This document shows positions 27,800 through 39,684 of a stretch of DNA of 64,000 nt, piece after piece. Below the pieces are notes generated by a model, which saw only the letters and a program-made list of their open reading frames with translations, did not search any database and had not been told where the DNA came from. The position numbers and the translations under genes are program-made. The DNA lies in the NCBI GenBank assembly GCA_965246715.1, contig CBDFFH010000005.1, positions 256,001 to 320,000 of the forward strand. Direction: 5' to 3'. Source of the stretch: Chamaesiphon sp. (lineage in GTDB: Bacteria; Cyanobacteriota; Cyanobacteriia; Cyanobacteriales; Chamaesiphonaceae). Positions within the stretch are counted from its first letter, which is position 1; every line of letters begins with the position of its first letter.

Positions 27800-30550
27800 A
27801 TGACAATCGCGCCAACTCAAGAAGAAATCAGGCTACAGGAGGCACAAAGCCGCACAGCTCACTGGCGACGCTGGGGGCCGTATTTGAGCGATCGCCAGTG
27901 GGGGACAGTGCGCGAAGATTATAGCAAGTATGGTTCGGCTTGGGATTATTTTACCCACGACCAGGCGCGATCGCGGGCTTATCGGTGGGGGGAAGATGGT
28001 TTATTGGGGATTTCGGACAATCATCAGCGATTGTGTTTAGGGATTGCGCTATGGAATGGTGAAGATCCGATTCTCAAGGAGCGACTATTTGGGTTGACGG
28101 GGAATGAAGGCAATCATGGGGAAGATGTCAAGGAATATTACTTTTATCTTGACAATACGCCGACCCATTCATATATGAAGGCGTTGTATAAATATCCCCA
28201 TCAAGCCTTTCCTTACGATCGATTAGTTGCCGAGAATCATCAGCGCACGCGGCAAGATCCAGAGTTTGAACTGTTAGATACAGGGATATTTGATGACGAG
28301 CGATATTTCGATGTCTGCGTTGAATATGCTAAAGATAGTGCTGAAGATATCTTGATGCAAGTTACGGTCAGCAATCGCGGAGCTGAAGCTCGAACGCTCC
28401 ATCTACTCCCTACGCTGTGGTTTCGCAATACTTGGTCGTGGAATGGTGATGAAGAGCATAAACCAACTCTCCAAGCAATTCAGACCAGCAATTACACGAA
28501 AGTCATCGAAGTAAATCACTCTACATTAGGGAAATATTGGCTATATGCTCGTGGCAATGGCGAACTGTTATTTACAGAGAATGAAACTAATAACGAACGC
28601 ATATTTGACAATCCAAATGCTTCGCCTTATGTCAAAGACAGCATTAATGATTTTGTTGTTAATAGAAATAAACAGGCTGTAAATCCCGCTCTTATCGGTA
28701 CGAAAGCAGCTATTCATTATGTCCTATCGATCGAGCCTGGAGCGACTCAGACGATCCAGTTGCGACTTAGTAATGTCCATCCAAAAGATTTTGAATTGGA
28801 TGTTCGGGTTAACAATCTGCTAAAATCGCCTTTCCAAGAATTTGAAACTATACTTGCAAGTCGCCAACAAGAAGCCGATGAATTTTATCACCGAGTTACG
28901 CCCTTTTCCCTGAGTGAAGATATGCGAAATGTCCAACGTCAGGCGTTTGCTGGAATGTTGTGGTGCAAGCAATATTACCACTATATTGTCGAAGATTGGC
29001 TCAAGGGCGATGCCGGGGAACCGATGCCGCCCAAAGAACGCAAACAGGGCAGAAATCAAGCGTGGTTTCATCTGTACACCGATGATATTCTGTCCATGTG
29101 TGACAAGTGGGAATATCCTTGGTTTGCGGCTTGGGATTTAGCATTTCATTGTATAACTTTAGCGACGATCGATCCGGATTTTGCTAAGTATCAATTGGAT
29201 GTCTTGACGCGCGAGTGGTATATGCACCCTAATGGCCAAATTCCGGCTTATGAGTGGGCATTTGGCGATGTAAATCCCCCCGTTCACGCTTGGGCAACTT
29301 GGCGCGTTTATCAGATCGAGCAGCAGATGTATGGGAAATCCGACACTCAGTTTCTAGAGCGCGTTTTTCAGAAATTGATGCTCAATTTTACCTGGTGGGT
29401 AAATCGCAAGGATGTGCGAGGTAACAATGTTTTTCAGGGTGGATTTTTGGGATTGGATAATATTGGTGTATTCGATCGCAGTAACGAATTGCCGACGGGT
29501 GGATACATCGACCAATCCGACGGGACTAGTTGGATGGGGATGTATTGTTTGAATATGCTCGAAATCGCCCTAGAACTAGCCAAAACTAATTCAGTTTATG
29601 AAGATATCGCCAGCAAGTTCTTCGAGCACTATTTATACATTGCCAATGCCATGAACCACATCGGTGAAATGGAAGAATCATTGTGGAATGAGGACGATGG
29701 TTTTTATTACGATGTGCTGCATTTGCCCGACAATCGCCAAATCGAAATGAAAGTCCGCTCGCTAGTGGGATTAATCCCGCTGTTTGCGGTGGGAACTTTG
29801 GAACCCGAAACACTCAAACAGTTACCCAGCTTTAAGAAGCGGATGGAATGGTTTATCAAAAATCGTCCTGACTTACGCCGGAATGTTGCTTGTATGGACA
29901 CCCCTGGCAGAGGAGCGCGCCGATTACTGGCGATCGTTTATAAGGAGAAACTGCAACGCATTTTACAAAAAATGTTAGATGAATCCGAATTCTTTAGCGA
30001 TTATGGCATTCGGGCAATTTCTCGCCACCATGCCGAACATCCCTACCATTTTCAGACTAATGGCATGGATTTTTACGTCAATTATGAACCAGCCGAATCT
30101 ACCAGTGGATTATTTGGCGGAAATTCTAATTGGCGCGGCCCCGTCTGGTTTCCAGTCAATTTTCTTCTAATTGAATCGCTCCAAAAGTTTCATCGTTATT
30201 ATGGTGATGACTTTAAGGTTGAATGCCCGACGGGTTCAGGCCGAATGCTGACACTAGCAGAAGTGGCGATCGAATTATCCCGACGACTCACGCAAATTTT
30301 CTTGAGAAATTCCGCTGGGAATCGTCCTGTTTATGGCGGAGCTGAGAAGTTTCAAAAAGATCCGCATTGGCGCGATTTAATCCTGTTCTATGAATATTTT
30401 CATGGAGATAATGGAGCCGGAATCGGTGCCAGTCATCAAACGGGATGGACGGGTCTGGTGGCGCAGTTGATTCAACAATTGGGCGAGCATGACGCGATCG
30501 ATCGACAGTCAGATGTAGAGTCAGAAATTCACTTAGAAGCAATCGAATAA
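27800..30550 (+). CDS. MGH1-like / GH63 glucosidase
   Basis: [37 protein letters not shown] and GASHQTGWT motifs. Confidence 0.9.
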   Translation: MTIAPTQEEIRLQEAQSRTAHWRRWGPYLSDRQWGTVREDYSKYGSAWDYFTHDQARSRAYRWGEDGLLGISDNHQRLCLGIALWNGEDPILKERLFGLTGNEGNHGEDVKEYYFYLDNTPTHSYMKALYKYPHQAFPYDRLVAENHQRTRQDPEFELLDTGIFDDERYFDVCVEYAKDSAEDILMQVTVSNRGAEARTLHLLPTLWFRNTWSWNGDEEHKPTLQAIQTSNYTKVIEVNHSTLGKYWLYARGNGELLFTENETNNERIFDNPNASPYVKDSINDFVVNRNKQAVNPALIGTKAAIHYVLSIEPGATQTIQLRLSNVHPKDFELDVRVNNLLKSPFQEFETILASRQQEADEFYHRVTPFSLSEDMRNVQRQAFAGMLWCKQYYHYIVEDWLKGDAGEPMPPKERKQGRNQAWFHLYTDDILSMCDKWEYPWFAAWDLAFHCITLATIDPDFAKYQLDVLTREWYMHPNGQIPAYEWAFGDVNPPVHAWATWRVYQIEQQMYGKSDTQFLERVFQKLMLNFTWWVNRKDVRGNNVFQGGFLGLDNIGVFDRSNELPTGGYIDQSDGTSWMGMYCLNMLEIALELAKTNSVYEDIASKFFEHYLYIANAMNHIGEMEESLWNEDDGFYYDVLHLPDNRQIEMKVRSLVGLIPLFAVGTLEPETLKQLPSFKKRMEWFIKNRPDLRRNVACMDTPGRGARRLLAIVYKEKLQRILQKMLDESEFFSDYGIRAISRHHAEHPYHFQTNGMDFYVNYEPAESTSGLFGGNSNWRGPVWFPVNFLLIESLQKFHRYYGDDFKVECPTGSGRMLTLAEVAIELSRRLTQIFLRNSAGNRPVYGGAEKFQKDPHWRDLILFYEYFHGDNGAGIGASHQTGWTGLVAQLIQQLGEHDAIDRQSDVESEIHLEAIE

Positions 30551-30585
30551 ATCGTAAATCTTACTAACAAATACTAGAAAAACTC

Positions 30586-31749
30586 ATGTTAAATATACCA
30601 ACTGCTCGGATGAATTCATTGCAATTATTACCAACATACGGTCAGTCAGCTTGGCTGGACTATATTCGCCGCAGTTCGATTACTAGTGGCGAACTTCAAC
30701 AGATGGTCGAAGCAGGTGAGATTTGGGGCGTGACCTCGAATCCAGCGATTTTTGAGAAGGCGATCGCAGGTAGTACGGATTATGATGTGGCTATCCAAGC
30801 ATTGGAAGCAGAGCAAGATAGAGACGCGATTGCCCTTTACGAGCAACTAGCGATCGCCGATATCCAAGCCACTGCCGATATTCTCGCCCCGATTTATGCT
30901 CAAACCGATCGCCGCGATGGTTATGTCAGTCTCGAAGTCGCTCCTTACCTAGCAAATGACTTGGAGCAGACACTCCAGGAAGCTCGGCGGTTGTGGCAAG
31001 AAGTCGATCGTCCCAATCTGATGGTTAAAGTCCCCGCTACCCCCGCCGGGATACTGGCAATCGAACAATTGATAAGCGAAGGGATTAACATCAATGTGAC
31101 CCTATTATTCTCGCAAGCGGCTTACCAACAGGTTGCTGCTGCTTATGTGTCGGGCTTGGAAAAATATGTCGAGGCTGGAGGCGATGTCAGCCGAGTTGCC
31201 AGTGTAGCGAGCTTCTTTGTCAGTCGGATCGATACGGCGATCGATACTTTAATCACCGAGCGACTTAAAACCACTACCGATCCTCAACAGCAAAATTTGC
31301 TCGCATCATTGTCGGGACAGGTAGCGATCGCCAATGCCAAACTTGCCTATGAATACTATCAAGGTCTTTATCAGAGCGAGCGGTGGCAGCGACTCGCCGC
31401 ACATGGAGCGCAATCGCAACGTCTGTTATGGGCGAGTACGGGTACAAAAAATCCGCACCAAAACGAGGTTTTATATGTCGAGGAATTGATTGGTGCCGAT
31501 ACGGTCAATACTATTCCCCCAGCGACTCTAGCAGCTTTTCGCGATCGCGGTCGAGCTAGTGCCACACTCACCAAAGATGTCCAAATCGCCCGTGAAGTGT
31601 TGTCGAACCTCAATCGAGTCGGCATCTCCCTCCCAGAGGTGACAGATCGATTGCTACAAGAGGGATTGCAACTATTTAGCGATGCCTTCGATCGATTGTT
31701 GAGTGCCGTGGAGCAAAAACGTGCAGCAGTTTTGGTCGATCGGGTTTAG
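30586..31749 (+). CDS. tal: Transaldolase
   Basis: GVTSNPAIF, MVKVPAT, NVTLLFS, SFFVSR and LLWASTG motifs. Confidence 0.93.
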   Translation: MLNIPTARMNSLQLLPTYGQSAWLDYIRRSSITSGELQQMVEAGEIWGVTSNPAIFEKAIAGSTDYDVAIQALEAEQDRDAIALYEQLAIADIQATADILAPIYAQTDRRDGYVSLEVAPYLANDLEQTLQEARRLWQEVDRPNLMVKVPATPAGILAIEQLISEGININVTLLFSQAAYQQVAAAYVSGLEKYVEAGGDVSRVASVASFFVSRIDTAIDTLITERLKTTTDPQQQNLLASLSGQVAIANAKLAYEYYQGLYQSERWQRLAAHGAQSQRLLWASTGTKNPHQNEVLYVEELIGADTVNTIPPATLAAFRDRGRASATLTKDVQIAREVLSNLNRVGISLPEVTDRLLQEGLQLFSDAFDRLLSAVEQKRAAVLVDRV

Positions 31750-31827
31750 TCAAGTGGCAAGCAGCGATTCAACAATAACTCTTGAAGTAGAAAGAGGGAA
31801 AAACAACGCAACCCGGAGCATTACACC

Positions 31828-33357
31828 ATGAACATATCGGCAGATCGGCTCGATAACACGCCCAGTCAACCCGCAGGCCCTTGTGCGATCGTCATTTTTG
31901 GCGCAGCCGGAGACTTAACCCAACGCTTACTGATTCCCGCACTCTACAACCTGTTACGCAGCAACTTACTCTCCCCAGAATTCGCGATCGTTGGTGTCGC
32001 CCGCGCCGACATGAGTACGGAAGATTTTCGGGGCAAGATGCGTCAGGCAATTCACGAATTTGCCACCGTGGAAGTTGACGACAGGCTATGGCAGACTTTT
32101 GAAGACCGCTGTTATTATTTAGCTGGCGATTTCCAAGATCCTCAGACCTACCAACAGCTTCAGGGCTTATTGGGGCAAGTAGATACAGAATGCGGTACCC
32201 AAGGTAACTACCTTTATTACCTAGCTGCCGCCTCCAGCTTTTTTTGTGATATCGTCGATCGACTCGGCGAGATCGGACTTACCACAGAAAAGAACGGACA
32301 GTGGCGGCGGGCGATCGTCGAAAAACCGTTCGGACGCGATCTAGAATCTGCTCGTGCGTTAAATCAAAGCATCAGCAAGGTTTTACAAGAAAGCCAGATC
32401 TACCGAATCGACCACTATCTGGGCAAAGAAACCGTCCAAAATATGCTCGTCTTCCGGTTTGGTAATGGCATCTTCGAGCATATTTGGAACCATCACTACA
32501 TCGACCACGTACAGATTACCGTTGCCGAAACAGTCGGCGTAGAAAACCGAGGCGGCTTCTACGAGGGAGTCGGAGCCTTGCGGGATATGATGCAAAACCA
32601 CATGTTCCAACTCTTAGCCACGATCGCGATGGAGCCGCCCGTTTCCTTTAATGCCGATGCCGTCCGCGATGAAAAGTCGAAATTACTCCAAGCCATTCAA
32701 CCCTTGAGTGCGGAAGCCGTACTGACGCAGGTGGTGCGAGGGCAATATGGCGAGGGCATCCTGAACGATCGGACTCTAGCAGGATATCGATCGGAAGCCC
32801 GCGTCGCCCCAAATTCGCCCACCGAAACCTATGCCGCCCTCAAACTGACGATCGACAACTGGCGATGGGCGAATGTACCGTTCTATCTCCGCACGGGTAA
32901 ACGGCTGCCCAAACGGGTGACGGAGATCGCCATTCAGTTCAAACAAGTGCCCTCCCTGCTCTTTCGGGACACATCGATCGATAGTCTCACCCCCAATTTT
33001 CTAATTATTCGCATCCAGCCATCGGAAGGTATTCATCTGCACTTTGGCGCAAAAGTGCCAGGGCCGCGCGTCACCATGACTGGCGTAGAAATGGATTTTT
33101 GCTACAAAAACCACTTTGGCACTGCCCGCAGCACTGGCTACGAAACGCTGCTCTACGATTGCGCGATCGGCGATGCGACCTTATTTCAGCGATCGGACAA
33201 CGTGGAATTGGGTTGGAGTATAGTTGCGCCGATTCTAGATGTGTGGTCGGCACTCCCACCGCGCAACTTTGCCAATTATGCGGCGGGAACCTGGGGGCCA
33301 ACCGCAGCAGATGCTTTGTTAGCTCGCGATGGTCGCAAGTGGCGGGAGATTAAATAA
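31828..33357 (+). CDS. zwf: Glucose-6-phosphate dehydrogenase
   Basis: GAAGDL, EKPFG and RIDHYLGKE motifs. Confidence 0.95.
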   Translation: MNISADRLDNTPSQPAGPCAIVIFGAAGDLTQRLLIPALYNLLRSNLLSPEFAIVGVARADMSTEDFRGKMRQAIHEFATVEVDDRLWQTFEDRCYYLAGDFQDPQTYQQLQGLLGQVDTECGTQGNYLYYLAAASSFFCDIVDRLGEIGLTTEKNGQWRRAIVEKPFGRDLESARALNQSISKVLQESQIYRIDHYLGKETVQNMLVFRFGNGIFEHIWNHHYIDHVQITVAETVGVENRGGFYEGVGALRDMMQNHMFQLLATIAMEPPVSFNADAVRDEKSKLLQAIQPLSAEAVLTQVVRGQYGEGILNDRTLAGYRSEARVAPNSPTETYAALKLTIDNWRWANVPFYLRTGKRLPKRVTEIAIQFKQVPSLLFRDTSIDSLTPNFLIIRIQPSEGIHLHFGAKVPGPRVTMTGVEMDFCYKNHFGTARSTGYETLLYDCAIGDATLFQRSDNVELGWSIVAPILDVWSALPPRNFANYAAGTWGPTAADALLARDGRKWREIK

Positions 33358-34337
33358 TGATTCTAGCTGGTGATATTGGCGGCACAAATACCCGTCTGGC
33401 ATTATTTGAATTGAATGGAGGTGCGCTCGCTCCGATCGAGTCAGCCACTTTTCCTAGCGGCGACTATCTCAATCTAGAGGCGATCGTCAGTAAGTTTCGA
33501 TCGACTCATCCGCAGCCCATAACTCATGCCTGTTTTGGGATTGCTGGGCCAGTCAAGCACGGTCGCTGTGAGGCGACCAATCTACCGTGGGTGGTCGATG
33601 CCCAGATTTTAGCCAGTAGCTTGAGTCTAGCCACCGTCGGTTTAATTAATGACCTCGAAGCCAATGCTCTAGGCATTGCCGTCCTCAAACCCACCGACTT
33701 TGTAACTCTCAATCCTGGCGATCCCAAAGCTGAGGGCAATGCGGCACTGATCTCGGCTGGCACTGGTTTGGGTGAAGCAGGACTGTACTGGGATGGTCGA
33801 GAGTATCGAGCGATCGCCTCCGAAGGCGGTCATAGTGATTTTGCGCCCCGCGACGAGCTAGAAATCGATTTATTGCGCTATTTAATGGCTCAATTCGGTC
33901 GAGTCAGTTGGGAACGAGTCCTATCTGGGCCAGGGTTGTATAACATCTACAAATTTTTGCGCGATACCGGACGGGGAACAGAACCGGATTGGCTAGCCGC
34001 CGAAATTCAGCACCAAGATCCCCCTAGTGTCATCACTCAAGCCGCTTTAGCCAGACAGTCTACCCTGTGCGAGTTAGCACTAGATCTGTTTATTTCCATC
34101 TACGGTGCTGAGGCTGGCAACCTGGCACTCACAATGAAAGCAACGGGAGGAGTATTTATCGGCGGTGGGATCGCCCCCAGAATCATCGACCACATCAGCA
34201 GTTCGACAACATTTATGGATGCCTTTACTGCCAAAGGTCGGCTGGCATCGCTGCTCAAAGCAATGCCCGTGAGAGTCATTATGTATGACAAAACGGCACT
34301 TTTGGGTGCAGCAGTTGCGGCGAGTAAATCGAACTAA
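33357..34337 (+). CDS. glk: Glucokinase
   Basis: DIGGTN, INDLEA, GTGLG and SEGGH motifs. Confidence 0.95.
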   Translation: MILAGDIGGTNTRLALFELNGGALAPIESATFPSGDYLNLEAIVSKFRSTHPQPITHACFGIAGPVKHGRCEATNLPWVVDAQILASSLSLATVGLINDLEANALGIAVLKPTDFVTLNPGDPKAEGNAALISAGTGLGEAGLYWDGREYRAIASEGGHSDFAPRDELEIDLLRYLMAQFGRVSWERVLSGPGLYNIYKFLRDTGRGTEPDWLAAEIQHQDPPSVITQAALARQSTLCELALDLFISIYGAEAGNLALTMKATGGVFIGGGIAPRIIDHISSSTTFMDAFTAKGRLASLLKAMPVRVIMYDKTALLGAAVAASKSN

Positions 34338-34361
34338 AATCTATCAAATCGGAGACAACAC

Positions 34362-34940
34362 ATGACAGCACGAGTAAAAGAAATCCTCAGTTGGTACGGT
34401 AGCGACAATCCTGGCACCCTAACCAACATAGCCCGCTTACTCAATCACGGTAAACTTGCTGGCACGGGCAAATTAGTAATTTTGCCCGTAGATCAGGGAT
34501 TTGAACATGGCCCCGCTCGGAGTTTCGCCGCCAATCCAGCAGCTTATCATCCCCATTATCACTTTGAACTAGCGATCGAGGCCGGATGCAATGCTTATGC
34601 GGCTCCCCTTGGTTTTCTCGAAGCTGGAGCCAGAGACTTTGCTGGACAAATTCCGTTAATTCTCAAAGTCAACGACCACGACGTGTTAGTAGATGAGCCA
34701 GACCCGTTCCAGGCATTGACTGGTAGCGTCCAGGATGCTCTCCGGCTGGGCTGTGTGGGCATTGGTTTTACGATCTATCCTGGTTCTACGCATCGCCTAG
34801 AAATGTACGGTCAAATCCGCGCCTACGCTGAAGAAGCCAAGCGGCATGGGTTAGCCGTAATTATTTGGTCTTATCCGCGCGGATCGAGCTTGAGTAAAGC
34901 AGGTGAAACCGCGATCGATGTTACGGCTTATGCGGCTCAT
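34362..34940 (+). pseudogene. fbaB: Class I fructose-bisphosphate aldolase, 3'-truncated
   Basis: ILPVDQGFEHGP, WSYPRG; homology stops at DVTAYAAH, before the Schiff-base Lys region. Confidence 0.85.
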
Positions 34941-35560
34941 TATTGGAGCGATATCCCGAGCTTCAATTGTGCGGCATTGCGGGAACTTACGAGCAAGCAT
35001 TAGCACAATTACCCTCGGCAGAATTAGAAAATCGATTGCTGATTTTCTTAGGCAGTACCTTGGGTAATCTCACTGACGAGCAACGCAGCAGTTTCCTCGC
35101 CCAAATTAAACAGGCACTCCAGCCTGGAGAGTTTTTCCTACTAGGTGTCGATTTACAAAAACCGATCGAGACGATTGAAGCTGCCTACAATGACAAGCCA
35201 GGTGTGACGGCTAAGTTTAATCTGAATATTCTCAGTCATCTCAATCATCGCTTCGATGGTAACTTCAATCTCGACCTCTTCAAGCATTTGGCTTTTTACA
35301 GCCACAAACAACACCGAATTGAAATGCACTTACGCAGTCTGGCAACTCAAACTATTTTTTTGAAAGCATTAAACTATCAATTTACTATTAATGCTGAAGA
35401 AACAATCCATACGGAAATTTCACGTAAGTTTCACTTACCGACACTGGTAGATATTCTAGCAACTCATGCTTTTAAGCCTTTGAAAATATGGACAGATCCA
35501 CAGGATTGGTTTGGGTTACTGCTATGTCAACGTCAATGTACTAGCGATGATTGTCCTTGA
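34941..35560 (+). pseudogene. egtD: L-histidine N-alpha-methyltransferase, 5'-truncated
   Basis: FLGSTLGN, GVDLQK, AYND..GVTA.FNLN, RIEMHL and HTEISRKF motifs; N-terminal SAM-binding part missing. Confidence 0.85.
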
Positions 35561-35664
35561 ATTCTAGAATAATCTGTAATCTTCACAGGTTATTATCGAT
35601 ATATTTTCATTCATACACTCTTTCACAATCGATAGTAACACCTAACTAAAATCGTTACCAGATC

Positions 35665-36303
35665 ATGACTCTAAATATTTACTTGCTCCGTCACGGACAA
35701 ACAGCATCCAGTCGTGGCAATCTATTTTGTGGCTCGATCGATCCGTCGCTAACTGCCGATGGTGAAGAAATGGCACAATTGTTTGCAGCAACTTATGCCA
35801 ATACTCATTGGGAAGCGATTTATTGTAGTCCTAAAGAACGGGCAATGTTAACCGCCGAACCTTTGGCAACTAAGTTGAACATCGAGCTACATCTGCGCGA
35901 TGGACTACAAGAGATTAATTATGGTGCCTGGGAAGGCAAGGATGTGGATACAGTTAATGCCGAGTATCATGATGACTATCTGCGCTGGTTGGCAGATCCG
36001 GGCTGGAATCCGCCCACAGGTGGCGAAACAGCAATGGCGATCGCCGCGCGTGCTTTAGCGGTAGTTGAGGAAATCAGTCAAAAACATCCCACAGGTAATG
36101 TTTTGGTCGTATCGCACAAGGCCACAATTCGGATCTTATTATGCAGCCTACTCGGTATCGATGCGGGGCGATTTCGGTATCGATTGGGGATGCCTGTTTG
36201 TGGTGTGAGTATTGTCGAATTTGGCAAACATGGCCCACTATTAAAAGTACTTGCCGATCGATCGCATTTGACCGATCGATTGCGCGATTTACCAGGAACA
36301 TGA
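35665..36303 (+). CDS. Histidine phosphatase family protein
   Basis: LLRHGQT, E..YG.WEG and VVSH motifs. Confidence 0.92.
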   Translation: MTLNIYLLRHGQTASSRGNLFCGSIDPSLTADGEEMAQLFAATYANTHWEAIYCSPKERAMLTAEPLATKLNIELHLRDGLQEINYGAWEGKDVDTVNAEYHDDYLRWLADPGWNPPTGGETAMAIAARALAVVEEISQKHPTGNVLVVSHKATIRILLCSLLGIDAGRFRYRLGMPVCGVSIVEFGKHGPLLKVLADRSHLTDRLRDLPGT

Positions 36304-36405
36304 GAAATTTCGATCTCTAATTTCGATCGTCATGTTCTTTAAAATCATTCGGGCTTTTGAAATTGTATACTGCCCAATGGAAAACTACTCTGTGGAGAAA
36401 AGCTG

Positions 36406-36828
36406 ATGAACAACACCGATAAAAACAAGCAAATCGTCCAGAACTTTATCCGAGTGGTTTGGAACGGTCGCGATCTCTCGGCATTGCCAGATTTCTGGGC
36501 AGAAGATTGCATAAACCATGCGATGCCAGGAACAGACAATCTTGGACTTAATGCGCTTCGGATTTATCATGATTCATTCTTTGATGATTTTTTCTTCGCC
36601 TTCCCTGATATCCAGATTGAGATCGTGCAACAGGTTGGCGAAGGCGATCGAATTGCGACGTACATCACCAGCCAAGGCACACATAGTGGTACATTTTATG
36701 GCATTCCGCCAACAGGTAAGCACATCTCGACATCGGTAATCCGCATCGATCGGGTTCGAGACGATAAGATTATCGAGCATTGGTCTGTTTCCGATGCAGC
36801 AGGTCTGATGCAGCAAATTCAATCTTGA
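36406..36828 (+). CDS. SnoaL-like ester cyclase
   Basis: AFPD, EGD, GTH.G.F.GIPPTGK and KI.EHW motifs. Confidence 0.88.
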   Translation: MNNTDKNKQIVQNFIRVVWNGRDLSALPDFWAEDCINHAMPGTDNLGLNALRIYHDSFFDDFFFAFPDIQIEIVQQVGEGDRIATYITSQGTHSGTFYGIPPTGKHISTSVIRIDRVRDDKIIEHWSVSDAAGLMQQIQS

Positions 36829-36940
36829 ACGAGTGATTAATTATTATAATTCGATGAACTACGCCCAATGATGTAACTAATTTGCTCATTTTGGCAGAAG
36901 CGAGTGAATTGTTCGAGCCAAGCCAAACAGAAGTCATTAA

Positions 36941-37600
36941 TTAGGAGTGTTTTACACCTGCCAAAATAAATGAGATCGCCTCTTCTATATGTTCTTCAAT
37001 CATTTGTGGACTCAAACGATCGACATCTGGCATTAGATGTTTCCAGTTTTCATGCACTGTAAAATAGAGGCAAACACAGAAAAATAGGCAAACACTCAAG
37101 ATGTGAGTTAGAGCCAAAAACGGCTTGAGAGGGCGGAAATATCCTTCTGCCATACCCTGTTCTAGAATCTTGAGCAAATATTCATGCAGACTCAAAACGT
37201 TACACTCTTTGAAGTAAATCCCTTGATTTTGGCTTGCTTCTTGAAACCACAACATTTGTCGGTGGGGATTTTTAGCTTCATTGGAGATCGCGATCCGAAT
37301 AATTTGCTTCAGGGCTGCTTCAGGAGATAAATCATCAAAATTCAACTGCCCAAGCGAGGATTGGACTTCATCGATCGGGCGTTGTAGAACCGCCTTGTAC
37401 AAGTTTTCCTTGTTCTCAAAGTAGTAGTGCAGTGATGCAGTTGTGACCTGAGCGAGAGTTGCGATCGCACTCAACCGCGCACCATTTAAGCCATGCCGTG
37501 AAAATTCTTGTTCTGCGGCATCCAAAATGCGCTGCTGTGTCATCTGGGCATCGCGAACAGAGGGGATGGGTTTTGCGCCTCGTTTACTGGGTCGAACCAC
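36941..37600 (-). CDS. TetR/AcrR family regulator
   Basis: ILDAA..EF...G..GA....IA..A.V....LHYYF.NKE.L. Confidence 0.9.
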   Translation of the reverse strand: MVRPSKRGAKPIPSVRDAQMTQQRILDAAEQEFSRHGLNGARLSAIATLAQVTTASLHYYFENKENLYKAVLQRPIDEVQSSLGQLNFDDLSPEAALKQIIRIAISNEAKNPHRQMLWFQEASQNQGIYFKECNVLSLHEYLLKILEQGMAEGYFRPLKPFLALTHILSVCLFFCVCLYFTVHENWKHLMPDVDRLSPQMIEEHIEEAISFILAGVKHS

Positions 37601-37673
37601 GGCATTTTAATTTATTATTTGCCTTTCCATCGTAGCAAAGAGGCAGCTAGGCTGAAGACATTCAATCTCTGAA

Positions 37674-37720
37674 TTGACACAAAGACAGGGGTTTGATAAA
37701 CTTACTAATTAATTAGTAAG
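37674..37720 (+). promoter_or_regulatory. Sigma70 promoter overlapped by a 20-bp palindromic operator
   Basis: TTGACA-N17-TAAACT; perfect palindrome CTTACTAATTAATTAGTAAG at 37701-37720. Confidence 0.75.
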
Positions 37721-37738
37721 TAAGAAATCTAGGCAATC

Positions 37739-38752
37739 ATGAATCAATTGCAAGGCGCGCCGTGGCTTTTGGCACATCGTTCTATGCTAAAACCCAATCA
37801 GCCGATGAAAATTTCACTATTGGGTCATGATTACGTCCTTTGGCAAGACAGCCGTGGCAATATTAACGCCTTGCCGAACGCTTGTCCTCACATGGGCGCA
37901 ATGCTTTCTGAGGGCTGGTGTGTGGCTCAAGCGGATGGCAGTAGTGCGTTCGCGGAGCGTGGCGTTAGCCGTATCGCTTGTCCCTTCCATGCCTTGGAAT
38001 TTGACAATTTGGGTTGCACAGTTCTACCAGGATCGAAGAAACAGACCAAATCGCTCTTTCAACCCCTGGAATTAATTATCCAAGGGGATTTTATTTGGTC
38101 ATATGGCAGCTATGAGCCGAAAATTCCAATTCCTGCAATTATGAATGAGATTGCAACGGAGTACGAGTTCATTGGCGTGACGGGAGAACGCAGCATTCCG
38201 ACCGACCTTCTGAGCTTGCTACTAAACATGCACGACTACAATCACCAAAACGGCACTCATCGAGAATTATTTGAGATTGAAGAAGTGCAAATGAAGCAGT
38301 TCATTGATGAGGGGTTACATTCTCATGCGTATTTATCACAACCCCGCAAACAACCTACATTTCGTGACATTCTAAGAAATCCTGCTCAGCTTGCGATGCC
38401 AAAGGTGCTAGAGGCTCATCTAGAAAATTTTTTCCCGTTCATGGGATTGTTGCACGGTGAAGATAAGCTATTGAGCCTCAAGGAATGTCACTTCTATCTT
38501 CCAGAAGCAGATCGTCAATCTCGTGTATTTGTGTTGATGTATATGAAGGCACATTCTCCGATCGCACATTTGCTTAAAGGCAATCTGCTGAAGTTGATTG
38601 ATGTGGTTGTGGCTCAAGATGCCAAGATTTTAGAAAGGATCTACGCCAACGCACCACAGCGGATCAAGCTAAATAATGAAGTGGGAATGGATTGGGTGCG
38701 ACGCAATTTTGAGAGTTTTCCAGCCGTTGTCGAACCCAATCTATCTCGGTAA
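37739..38752 (+). CDS. Rieske 2Fe-2S aromatic-ring oxygenase family protein
   Basis: CPHMG...CPFH Rieske motif; N.HD..H....H mononuclear Fe motif. Confidence 0.88.
   Translation: MNQLQGAPWLLAHRSMLKPNQPMKISLLGHDYVLWQDSRGNINALPNACPHMGAMLSEGWCVAQADGSSAFAERGVSRIACPFHALEFDNLGCTVLPGSKKQTKSLFQPLELIIQGDFIWSYGSYEPKIPIPAIMNEIATEYEFIGVTGERSIPTDLLSLLLNMHDYNHQNGTHRELFEIEEVQMKQFIDEGLHSHAYLSQPRKQPTFRDILRNPAQLAMPKVLEAHLENFFPFMGLLHGEDKLLSLKECHFYLPEADRQSRVFVLMYMKAHSPIAHLLKGNLLKLIDVVVAQDAKILERIYANAPQRIKLNNEVGMDWVRRNFESFPAVVEPNLSR
37949..37972 (+). mobile_element. 24-nt small dispersed repeat inserted in HIP1
   Basis: GCG|TTCGCGGAGCGTGGCGTTAGCCGT|ATCGC; in frame between the two Rieske ligand boxes. Confidence 0.78.
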
Positions 38753-39019
38753 TTGCCAGCCACATAACCACACCCATGCACACCGACAGCCGAGAGTTGG
38801 AGGGTTGTGGATACAAAGGTGATTTACGGCGGTTGATGGGCAACGTTAGCTGGCTCTGACCCTGCTTGGGGCAATCACTTAGATTCTGTCTGTTGGTGTT
38901 CAACTTTTGTTGGACAGGGTATTTAGACAAAAAGTTGAACAATGCCTGTGATATTCTCATGCCCATCCCCTTGCGCGATCTCCCAGGAATATAATAATTG
39001 CCCGTAAAATTCGATAAAT

Positions 39020-39610
39020 ATGAATGTTCTGAATTCTCAATCACTGCTGACCTTAATTCAGGGATCGATCGCCTACCGCGATTTGGTAAATGGACAAATG
39101 CTGTTTTACCAAGGCGATCGGGCTGAGTCAGTTTTTGTCGTAGAGTCAGGAAAAGTTAGGCTTGCCCATTTTACCCAAGCTGGAAAAGTCATTCAACACT
39201 ATGACGCGGTGGCTGGTGAGAGCTTCGCCGAAGCAGCATTGTTCAATTCAATCTATGATTGTGCGGCGATCGCGGCGATCCCGTCAAGAGTGATGGTGTT
39301 GCCTAAAGAGATTTTATTGAAGACTTTAGAAGAACAGCCAACTTTAGCAATGGAAGTAATGGCACAACTGGCGAAACGGGCATATGACACTAAAGTCTTG
39401 CTGCATCTCCGCAGTATTCGCTCCCCGCGCGATCGCGTTCTCCACTACCTTCAACTGGTTGCCGAGTCTAACAGAGTGAGTTTGAAGCGTCCGTTCAAGG
39501 ATATTGCTGAGGAGATTGGCATCGCCCCTGAGGTCTTCTCCAGAGCACTCTCAAGCTTGGAGCAAGAGGGTGTAATTAGTCGTAGTCAGCGCGATATAGA
39601 GCTTCATTAG
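39020..39610 (+). CDS. Crp/Fnr family transcriptional regulator
   Basis: LFYQGD, GESFAE cNMP-like domain and C-terminal HTH IAEEIGIAPEVFSR. Confidence 0.9.
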   Translation: MNVLNSQSLLTLIQGSIAYRDLVNGQMLFYQGDRAESVFVVESGKVRLAHFTQAGKVIQHYDAVAGESFAEAALFNSIYDCAAIAAIPSRVMVLPKEILLKTLEEQPTLAMEVMAQLAKRAYDTKVLLHLRSIRSPRDRVLHYLQLVAESNRVSLKRPFKDIAEEIGIAPEVFSRALSSLEQEGVISRSQRDIELH

Positions 39611-39670
39611 TCTGCGATCTTCAGGATGGGGGTTTCGCTTAACAATCAGTTTCCAAAATTCGATTGAAAC

Positions 39671-39684
39671 TTGACCCCAGTCAA
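39671..39684. promoter_or_regulatory. Fnr-type box
   Basis: TTGAC-CCCA-GTCAA between the Crp/Fnr gene and the SDR. Confidence 0.55.

Noticed and set aside
37061..37096. 18-nt imperfect tandem duplication in the TetR gene (SVCLFF/CVCLYF)
   Set aside because: Present in the sequence but a local in-frame slippage with no wider significance evident.
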